Shown in pieces: positions 37,002 through 46,726 of a stretch of DNA of 64,000 nt. The DNA is taken from NCBI GenBank assembly GCA_002256025.1, contig NKIB01011400.1, positions 1-64,000 on the forward strand. The letters run 5' to 3'. Position 1 is the stretch's first letter. Each line of letters opens with the position of its first letter. Both the position numbers and the translations under genes were made by a program. Below the pieces are notes generated by a model. The model was not told the origin of the DNA, made no database searches, and saw only the letters and a program-made list of their open reading frames with translations. The stretch is from Asterionella formosa. Its lineage: Eukaryota.

Positions 37002-40000
37002 ATGTCGCGATTCTGGGCTGCTGGCGGATCGTCGTCTGACTCTGACTCTGAGTCGGACTCTTCAGACTCCGTCGAGTCCTTGCAGAACGCCGCCGCGGCC
37101 GCCGGGGGCACCAACGCCGACACCAAGTGGAAGGATTTGTCCGACGAGTCTTCTGACGACGATGCCGTACGCGTGGTCAAGTCCGCCAAGGACCGGTTCC
37201 TGCTGGGCTTCGAGGCCTCCATCAAAGCCATCCGCGCGGCCATGAAGACCCGTGACTACAACACCATTTCGCAGGTCTTTGACGACCTCAGCAAGGCCAT
37301 GATCAAGGCCAAGGCCGTGCTGGCGCAGGGTATTCCCAAGCCGCTGGTCCGCATCTTGGTGGACCTGGAAGACTATGTCACTGAGCGGCTGCTGGACAAG
37401 GCGGCCTTCAAGACGCTCAGTGCTTCCAATGGTCGATCGCTCAACAGAATGAAGCTCACGTTGAAGAAGCACAACAAACCATACGCGCTGGTTATGGAGG
37501 CTTATCGCAAGAACCCGATTGTCGACGACCAAGATGACGACGACGACGAGGACGAAGAAGACTCGGACGACGACAAGGACAGCGATGACGATGATGATTC
37601 CTCGGAAAGTGACAAGGAAAAGGACAGCTCCAGCTCGTCGGTACGTAACACTCTATGCATTGCTGTGACAGAACCGAAGCGCACTGTGATGACAATTCAC
37701 TCCTTCTGGAGATGAATTCCTCGTTTCCGATCCTGCCAATCCAACTCGCTGTCGAAGCGGGCATGGGATTGGATAGATGAGACTAATTATTTCTATTGAG
37801 TGAATATGTACACATCATTTGCTACCATTGCTGTTGTCAATTATTCTTGAATTCACCTTACGCAACTGTTATACAGGACTCGGATAGTGATTCTGAGAAG
37901 GACAGTGATGCGGAATCTGATGCAGATTCCGACGCCGAGTCGGTACGTTACCACGTTCATCCCCTTTAATTATTATTTTGTGGTATAGTTGTAATGATAC
38001 TCACCACCATACCTTGTGTTTTGATTTTTTTCAGAAAGATGAATGGGCCTCGGATCAGGATTCGTCGGACAGTGATGACGAAGATGCAGGTCTATATTCA
38101 GAACTTAAAGGTCGGGCGCGTTGGCTCAAGAAGAATACTGTCGTCAAGGAAAAGGTTGTCAAGGACAAGGAAGCCCGTGGTCGGTTACGTAAGGCAACCA
38201 AGGAGGCCACATTGTTGTCGTCCGCGGAAGCTGTTTCGGCTACCAAATCATTGTTGGCAGTTGTAACTCCATCGTTGTTAACGAAGAAAATACAAGAACT
38301 GGTGGCATCTCGTGGAAGACGAGGAACTGATGCAAGACAAGTTCTTGGACAATTGGAAGCATTGGCCAAGTTATCATTAGAATTTGGACCAAGAGTGGAA
38401 GTGCCGATTCTGATGCATGTTATCACAGCGCAGTTTGATTTGCAACGAACGATGGATGATTATATGCCTACCCCTACTTGGAAATCGTGTGCTAACTACT
38501 TGCAGCGGGTCACAACTATTTTGGACGATGGATACACATTAGGACAGGCTACGGAAGATGACACCATTGGAAGGGGATTCAAGACTAAAATGGTCGTAAC
38601 TGGCGCTACAGGCGTTTTGGCACCGGCAGAGGATGCGCTGGTGAATCCGCATACCGACGAAGTTGAGACAGAAGATGAACGAGCGGAACGTTTGAGACTT
38701 GAAGTGGAAGCCAACATGACAGAAGAAGAGAAAAAAGTTATTCCTGTCATGGGGTCTCTTGCCATGTTTCTGAACAGATTGGAAGAAGAATACGTTAAAT
38801 CGCTACAGCACATTTCTCCTCATTCTGGAGATTACGTTACCAGACTTCGGGATGAAAGTAAATTGGTTGACTTGCTCACCAAGGGGCAAGAATATTATGC
38901 AAGAGTAAACCAAGAGGCGGAAGCAGCAGCTTTGGCCCAATTGAGAATTGAGCATATATATTACCGTCATGACTCTATTGCAAAACAAGTGGATAAAGCC
39001 GCGGAATTTTACAAGAATTTTGGGGAAATGGATATGTTGCACCCTGCCTGTGTGACGTGCGATACTGTTCCAACGGAGTCGGAGGTTGAAAAGTCACATC
39101 CAGCAGCAGTTTCAGGCAAGCCAATAATTGATGATTCAGAGACGGAGGATTACAATTCGGAAGGCCTCATAGGATCTCTCTGTATGAATGTTTACCAGTA
39201 CGGAACAGACCGTGGGAAGACGCGCGCCATGATTTGCCACATTTATCACCATGCACTTCACGATCGCTTCTCGGAAGCTCGTGATTTGTTGTTGATGAGT
39301 CATTTGCAAGATACGATTACTAGTTCAGGAGATGTATCAACCATGATTCTATTCAATCGCATGATGGTCAACCTAGGCATGGCTGCCTTTCGGCTTGGCA
39401 AAATTTGGAGCGCACATCAATGTTTGGCAGAGATTTGTTCTGGACGTGTCCGTGAATTGTTGGCCCAAGGTGTTTCAACGGGACGCTTCAATGATAAGTC
39501 TGCGGACCAAGAAAAGGCCGAGAAGCGTCGTCAAGTACCCTATCATCAGCATATTAACTTGGATCTTCTGGAATCTTGTCATTTAATTGCGGCTATGTTG
39601 TTAGAAGTTCCGAACATGGCGTCTGCCGAAGATCGCCGGGCTCGTGTCATTTCCAGGACATTTCGCAAACACCACGACATTTATGAACGTCAAGTCTTTA
39701 CAGGTCCTCCCGAACAGACTCGTGACTTTATTATGCGTGCATCTAAGGCACTCCGCAAGGGTGATTGGAAGACGTGTGCAGACTACCTGACCAGTATGGA
39801 CGTTTGGAAATTGGTACCAGGCGATGATGCCGCCGAAAATATCAAAAAAATGTTGCTCGATTCCGTCAAGCTGGAGGGTCTTCGTACCTATTTATTTGCA
39901 TTTTCATCGCAGTACGATTCGTTATCCTTAACTCAATTGTGCGGGATGTTTGAACTTTCGAAGAGCGAAGTTCATTCTATTGTGTCGAAGATGATGATCA

Positions 40001-40419
40001 ACCGAGACTTGTACGCCAGTTGGGACCAACCGACCGAGACAATTGTCTTGCGCAAGGTGGAGCCTTCATCGCTGCAGCTCATGGCCCTTCAATTTGCTGA
40101 AAAGGCAGCAAGTTTGGTCGAGGCCAATGAACGTCTTTTGGAGGCAACGTCTGGAGGTAGTGGATACAAGGATGACAATTGGCAAGGTGGACGTGATGGT
40201 GGCGGCCAAGGTCGTGGTGGCTACCAGGGACGTGGAAGTGGTCGCGGCGGGGGCGGCGGTGGTGGCCAAGGTCGTGGTGGTAGTAGTGGCGGTGGCCGAG
40301 GCGGTGGTCGTGGTGGTGGCCGTGGCGGAGGACGTGGTGGAGGTAGAGGCGGTGGACGTGGTGGTCGTGGCCGAGGAGGAAACCGTGACAATGATAACAG
40401 AAATCACAACAATAATTAG
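37002..40419 (+). CDS. EIF3C: Eukaryotic translation initiation factor 3 subunit C (3 exons) with RGG-rich tail
   Basis: MSRFW start, RVVKSAKD, SRGRRGTD, HIYYRH, ARDLLLMSHLQD, RRQVPYHQHINLDLLE, FTGPPE and a PCI domain. Predicted exons 37002-37640, 37877-37942 and 38035-40419 with GT..AG introns. Confidence 0.93.
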
Positions 40420-40628
40420 ATCCTTTGGTAGAAGAGTAAGAAATAAGGACGATATAGCCATCAGCGAGAGCAATATTGCGACCATATCGAGCAAAGGTGA
40501 ACGTAAAAACTTGGCATCGATTGCTGTCACCGATTCGACTATCTTGTAGCTTACATATTATTGTGCGTTTCTGCACGCACAGCTTGTGCGTCCTGTCATC
40601 GCCGACGTAACACGATTACACTTTGACA

Positions 40629-41707
40629 CTAAATGGACCCATCACTCGTTCCTTCGATTCGTGCCAATATAGCACACATGGATTTGTCAAAAGCCTCCAA
40701 CACGCCCAATTGTTGCACGTTTTCTAACGCTTGTTTATTCAACCCTCCTGGAGTTTGCTCTTGTATCAAGTCTTCCAATGTGACACCGGGTCGTATTGTC
40801 GAATCCCGCACCATACTCATGTATTGACTTGTCACAAGTTTTGCAGCATCAGTCTCGGATACACCATGTCGGACTAACCAATCTTGATTCTGTTGCATGA
40901 TTCCATACAGTGGTCCCATAAGGCACGCCGTTACCATCATGACATTTAATTGGGTTTCTGAAGTGGTAAAAATGGTTCCTCCTGCGAAGAGAGAGGCCAA
41001 AACTTGGTCTTTTTGGGACCCACATTGCAAACATAGTCCTTCACCACGGGCAACAGCAGGGATGCAAATCATTCTCGACACAGCTTGGAGGGGTAGTTTG
41101 GAATAATTTGCTAGGTCAGTGAGGCTAGCTGTAGACTGAGCGACAGAATAGTAGATATGAATTGTCAATAAAAGGGGAAATTTGTGTGTGAGGATCCAAC
41201 ATAAAAAGACAGCGAACTGATGAGACGCACACGCAGACAAAAAATGGGAAAGTTTGCAGCCGCACATACCACCAAGGAGACGAGCCGATGCTTGCTGGGG
41301 TCAAATGTCAAACTCTGCAGGATTCCTGCGGCTCGTTGTGGAAGGACGCAGAGAAAGACAACGTCGGATTGATCCACAATTTCTTGATTGTCGTCATGAA
41401 CAGTAACTTGATCTGGAAAGGTCACTTGCAACAGCGAGGATTTGGACTCGGTGCGACGCGATACCCTTATCTTCGCCGTAGACGTACTAGTACTGCAAAT
41501 GCCAGTGACAATAGCTGACGCAATGGTGCCACATCCGATGAATCCAATGGACGCGATTTCTTGCGAGGCAGCTTGTCGATGCGTCGGTTTCTGACGGACG
41601 GATTTTCCGGTTTCAGGCGCGACGAAGGATTCAGAGGAAGGAGCAAAGCCAATTGTAACAATGAGACCAAGTTGAATCGCTGATCGCATCAGCATCCTTC
41701 CAAACAT
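40629..41707 (-). CDS. proC: Pyrroline-5-carboxylate reductase-like NAD(P)-dependent oxidoreductase, probably plastid-targeted (2 exons)
   Basis: Exons 41707-41270 and 41135-40629, with a GT..AG intron at 41269-41136 joining LVSLV|STASL in frame. Motifs IGFIGCGTIASA, DNQEIVDQSDVVFLCVLPQ and EQTPGGLN. Presequence with TIG|FAP. Confidence 0.75.
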
Positions 41708-42210
41708 CCTTCCGTTCTGTGCGTTCTGTTTGCTTTCTGGGGGGGTGTGATTGTATGCCCGTGATAATTACTGGCATGTACCGGAGCTACCTGGGACCTG
41801 GGACCTGGGACCTGGCACTTTCAGTCTTGGCACCTTGTACCAGGGTAGGCCCAGCCGGGTAGACTACCAGGTACCAGTACCAGTTGTCTACCGGTACCAC
41901 CGGTATTTGAATCGATGTTTGGAATCAAGAACTCAGCATCGGAAATAATACAATTCTTTCAATTCATAAGATTATAAAAAAGGAATGATTTCATAGCTAT
42001 GTAGGTACTGGTACCAACGCGTACCAAGAACAAACAAATGACAGAAGTCAGTACCGGTACCTGGTACCAGGGTACATACTGGTTGATCACCTGTCGGTAC
42101 GTGCGTTCCGGTCGCATCAGGGCGGAAAATACCAAACAGAACAAAACAATCATGACAGTTTGATCTGTTCAGCAAAAGTCAAGCATCATCCATTCCATCT
42201 ATTCAACACA

Positions 42211-43763
42211 ATGAGTACTTCTGCCATACCACTGTCAACATCGAGGTCTTCGCTTCGTGTGGTTGTCGTGGCTTCCAGTGTCGCTTCCGTGATGGCCATG
42301 GCGGCTGCACTGTCCAGCAGCAATCGCACAACGTCTCTGGAGGAAGAAAGGGCAGTGTCACAATCCCCTCCAAGCATCAGCACTGTCGGACCAGACTTTA
42401 TGGATCGCATTCGCAATAAGCCATACATGAAAGATACGATTCAACGAGGGATACCACAGTCATTACGACTCGTTACTGTGGACGTGCCAGAACTGCGACG
42501 CCATTTGACAGGCACGTGCGCTGTTGACTACAGGGCCTCCTATGAGGACGGGGTGGCCCCTGATTTGCAGTTGCCTGATGGACGAAAAGTGGAACAAAAG
42601 ATGTTGGCTCAAAGCATGTACAACTGTTTTAAAACATCGACTCGTGTGGCGGGAGTTCAAGTACTGGAAACCAGCGTTCAACGTCTCAATCCAAATCACG
42701 TGAGGAGAAACATTCCAGTACTCAACGCGGTGGAAAAAATAAAACTCTCAATTGAGGAGAAGAGAAACTCCAGTGAAAAGAAGAAGAATAAGAAAGAAAA
42801 TTCTTCTCCTGACCTTGAGGAACCCGTGCCTGCAACAACTGAAGATGAAATGAATGCCCCATGGAACCAGTATGCTTGGCCAGATGAATTAACACTCCGA
42901 GTAAGTCTGTTATTCGTGTGCTTCGCAGCACTGATAATATGAAACAGATGAGTTTTGTTCATCGCGTTCTAACGAAGAAATCCATACATTCATTATCGCA
43001 GCTCGAAGGTCGAGTCCCCTTCGGAGCACTAGTGGAAAAGTCATCATGGGTCGCACGACTGTGGGGGGAACCTGTCTATCAGCCAACCATACAACTATCC
43101 AAACGATGGTATGAATATTTCTTGCCATACTTTCTTTGTCACGATCCTGCAGGGATAGATGGGGAGGACGGGACATGGGCATCCAATATGCCACATGCCA
43201 TTATTGCCAATGGCCGGTTGTTGCATCGTGTGCCAGGATCTTTGCTTCTGTTACGAAAGACGTGTGATGATTTGGGCATTCCATTATACATTATCCATGA
43301 TCCACGTCGATGGGTAAGTACCAACAAGGACCTCAATGAAGTCATTCATGATTTGCGTCACACTGTTAAAGCAAACATCATCTTAAGTGCCACCAAAGGT
43401 AGTGGATCAGCCTTTAGTAGGGGATATTATCTGGGGAAAATGGAAACGGAAACCAAATATCAAGTGAAGGAACACTATCAAAGTGTGACGGACAAATTCG
43501 CAGCTTTCAATGCTCAGCTAGAGCATGATTGGAGTCAACTTGGTGTAGAAGCATTAGAGGAAAAGTTAAAGGAGCACAAAGCGATTCAAGGAAATGGCTC
43601 AGCGAAGGTTTATACCAATGGATTGATAGCTCTAGCGCGACAGGTATTGAATCAAGAGAGTCTGTTGGCTCAACCAGCTTTGTCAAAGAAAATCAATAAG
43701 CCTAACGACAGTCCTGTGGATGGCAATGATTCCATACATGAAACGGGAGCATCTTCTGAATAA
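42211..43763 (+). CDS. Hypothetical protein (2 exons)
   Basis: Two ORFs join in frame across the GTAAGT..CAG intron at 42901-43001 (ELTLR|LEGRVPFG). Ser/Arg-rich N-terminus with a hydrophobic stretch. No domain recognised. Confidence 0.65.
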
Positions 43764-44262
43764 ATTTAATTTTTTTCCAACCCCGCCATGCTGCATTCAG
43801 CATCAGTGTAGAGACCATCAAGGTCCAGACATTGAGATATTCAGCTCTGTTCTTCCAAGTGTGTAAAAAACCATCTTTTACCTGCCCCTTCCAAGTCACT
43901 TGGTTGACCTGTAATTTTCCCTAGAATATATTGGCTACTTCTAGTAGGTACCACCATGCATCGTAACCAGTGAAGTGGGAGTTGCCCCTTCATGACAGTG
44001 GGCCGAACATGGGACACTCTGGCTATCAAACTCAAATCAACATTTCCCACGGAGCTTACCTCCTGTTTAACAGAAGATGGTATTATAGTAGCTAAAGCTG
44101 ATTCCTTGGTCACCCTTGGAACAATTTAGAGTATCCACAAGGCTGTTGGTTTTACTAGATTACTAAAATGCAGAAATTCTAAACTATGTATTGAATGGCA
44201 GGTATTGAATGGTGGATGATTGCAAGCAATTGACATTACAGATGGTTGCCAAATGCAAAATA

Positions 44263-45654
44263 CTACATACTCTGTCCAGGCCAACTCGGTCGGTTTATTG
44301 ACTGCTCCACCATGCTTAGATTGGCTGCCAAAGACTGCACTTCTGGATCTGTCTCATTTCCTTTTGCTTTGATCCGTGCAATAAAAAGTGCCTCCCGAAA
44401 ATGTCTTGCTGCATCACTTGGATTGCCTAATTGTGCCTGACAGGCCCCCATGACATTGAGTAAATGACCAACCTCGGGATGAGTTTCGCCTCCTTGCTCC
44501 TTGGCCGTGGTATATGCCGTTCGCAAGTGTGTCATGGCTTCTCCATACTTGCCTTCCTTGTACTTGGATTCCCCAATGGCTCCATGTAGGATACATTCTA
44601 GCATAGGGTTTGAAATGTTGGGTTCGTCTTTGAAAGTTTGCAACATTTCTTGGTACATTTGCAAAGCCCGATCCGGCGCTCCTTGAAGGTCAATGGCCTG
44701 TGCCATTCCAAGCTTCAATAAATACTTTCTGTCAACATCAGCATGGTCCACAATGGTTTGTAGTGCTGCCTCAAATTTAAGTGCACATTCTCTTGGATTG
44801 TCCATTAACTTTGCAACCAGTGCTTGATTTTCCAAAATGTGTGTCAAATCCGCATGGTGTCCACTAGTCATGTCCGAAAAAGTTCCTGGTGTCGTATCCT
44901 GCATAATGTCCTGAACCGTCTTTCCGTCATGACGATAGTGTACTTCGGCTTGTCTAAAGTAGTTGGATGCCTCCACAAGATCTTGTCGTGCGTAATAAAT
45001 CTTGGCAAGTTGTGCAAGGTCTTCTCCCATTACGTGAGAGAATGAATCTCCCAGCACTTTGTTCCGTAGTGCCACAGCTTGTTTCAAGTGTTTCGTCGCC
45101 TCCACGAGTTTCCCCTCGGACGCCAGGATAGTTCCAAGTATATGAAAGTGTCGAGCCATGACATTGTCATTTGTGGCATCCAAATATTTCAATCGCGTGT
45201 ATTCAATGTGTAGAGCTTGGTCCCAATGATAGAGTTTCATATAAATGGTCCGCAATCTCTCGAGACAGGCATTCATATCGTCGTGTGACACCTGATCGCC
45301 GTGCTGCAGTTGCAGTTGCTGCAGTTCCTTGTACTGATCCAATGCTTCCGTGTACTCCTTTTCTAATTCCTCAGTGGCGTCCAGTGTGTCCAAACCCTGG
45401 TTGCCATTGGTCTTAGTAGCAGTAGTCGTCGCAGTCGTAGTCGTAGCGCTGGAGGAGGAGGAACCAAATCGTCGGCATGATTTACCCACTGCGGATGATT
45501 TCGTATTGATATTTTGAATTGGTAACAGTATTCGCAAAACAGCTTTAGTACTCAAGTTATGATGATGAATACGACTAGGACTCGGCTTGATGACTGATGT
45601 GAGCGAGAGGAAGCGGCGCCTCAAGAAGGGATGACCCGTAGATCGCAACATCAT
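44263..45654 (-). CDS. TPR-repeat protein, probably mitochondrial
   Basis: 463 aa. Arg/Ser/Thr-rich acid-free N-terminus. TPR-like units such as GKLVEATKHLKQAVALR, GKYGEAMTHLRTA and HPEVGHLLNVMGACQAQLGNPSDAARHFREAL. Confidence 0.75.
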   Translation of the reverse strand: MMLRSTGHPFLRRRFLSLTSVIKPSPSRIHHHNLSTKAVLRILLPIQNINTKSSAVGKSCRRFGSSSSSATTTTATTTATKTNGNQGLDTLDATEELEKEYTEALDQYKELQQLQLQHGDQVSHDDMNACLERLRTIYMKLYHWDQALHIEYTRLKYLDATNDNVMARHFHILGTILASEGKLVEATKHLKQAVALRNKVLGDSFSHVMGEDLAQLAKIYYARQDLVEASNYFRQAEVHYRHDGKTVQDIMQDTTPGTFSDMTSGHHADLTHILENQALVAKLMDNPRECALKFEAALQTIVDHADVDRKYLLKLGMAQAIDLQGAPDRALQMYQEMLQTFKDEPNISNPMLECILHGAIGESKYKEGKYGEAMTHLRTAYTTAKEQGGETHPEVGHLLNVMGACQAQLGNPSDAARHFREALFIARIKAKGNETDPEVQSLAANLSMVEQSINRPSWPGQSM

Positions 45655-45938
45655 TGGGGCGTTTTATTTTTGTGATTCTTTCTTACGTCGTCGATGGAAT
45701 GATGATCGTGATTTATTTCTATCGGCTGCTGATCATGGCTGCTTCATGCAAGATCTCATGATGCTGCTGGCTGATACGTATGATGATCCTCGAGATGTCT
45801 ACATATGTACAGTCCGTACCAGGTACAGTGGTCTAACATAGGTCTACTGGTATCATGAATAAAAATTTGTTAACTGTCCATATGGTGTGTCCAAACAAGC
45901 ACCGGCATGTAGCATTCATACAACAAGAACAGGTCCCT

Positions 45939-46028
45939 GCAAGTTGCGGTCATTTTGCTTAAATAAACAATTTAATATAGGATAAAGATAGCTAAAGTAT
46001 TAGTTTCAGCAAAATTACCGCAACTTGC
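45939..46028. mobile_element. MITE-like element, copy 2 (90 bp)
   Basis: GCAAGTTGCGGTCATTTTGCT...AGCAAAATTACCGCAACTTGC, TIRs 20/21 complementary. Shares the internal GGATAAAGA.AGCTAAA block with copy 1. Confidence 0.7.
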
Positions 46029-46726
46029 TTGGCACTCCCAGGTCCCAGGGGGGAGAGTGAAGACTTGGAGTAAAATATGGTAGCCAGTGCACTGGGAGTC
46101 GTAATGGTTTTACTCATACAATACATGTTCGGAGAAATGTACCGGTAGACGTAGTATACACCACCAGTATGTTGCGGTGAATGGGAAATTTAGCTACCGG
46201 TAGCTTTGTTTTCCTTACCGTAAGTATAGATAGTAAAACCGTCTTCTACCGGAAGGCACTGGTCTCACTCAACTCAGCGCAGTTACATACAGCATAAATA
46301 TACGTGTACCGGTAGTATGTACGATGATCGGACCATGATCACCACGTCCGTTCAAGCAAATTAGGTAGACTACCTGGTACCTGGAACCGGCTTTCTCAAC
46401 TCCAAACACTCTCTACCTGGTACCGTAGTACGAGGAGCACACAAAAAATGATCGTGTGGTCCAAAGGGAAGTATGAAAAATACAGACCATTTATTAGAAA
46501 CATTCGTTTCTTTATTATCAAGGTCTGATTGTCCCATTCTGATTCTTAATCTGATCCCAGTTGTGTGCAAGTGCTGATCCGTTCGGTTCGTTGCATATAT
46601 CTGTATCTACAATATAGTACACGCAAATGTCCCTCGGAACGGCTTTGCACCCGTACAACGAATAATACTGTAGAATCAATTTCACAAACGAGAATACCAG
46701 TAGAAGCAACAATAACATCATTCGTG

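Noticed and set aside
37062..37764. Antisense ORFs over eIF3c exon 1, also 40043-40576
   Set aside because: Shadows of high-GC3 codons and low-complexity acidic or RGG sequence.
46565..46726. N-terminal extension of exportin-T from a GTG start
   Set aside because: Non-ATG start in a eukaryote. The first in-frame ATG is at 46727.
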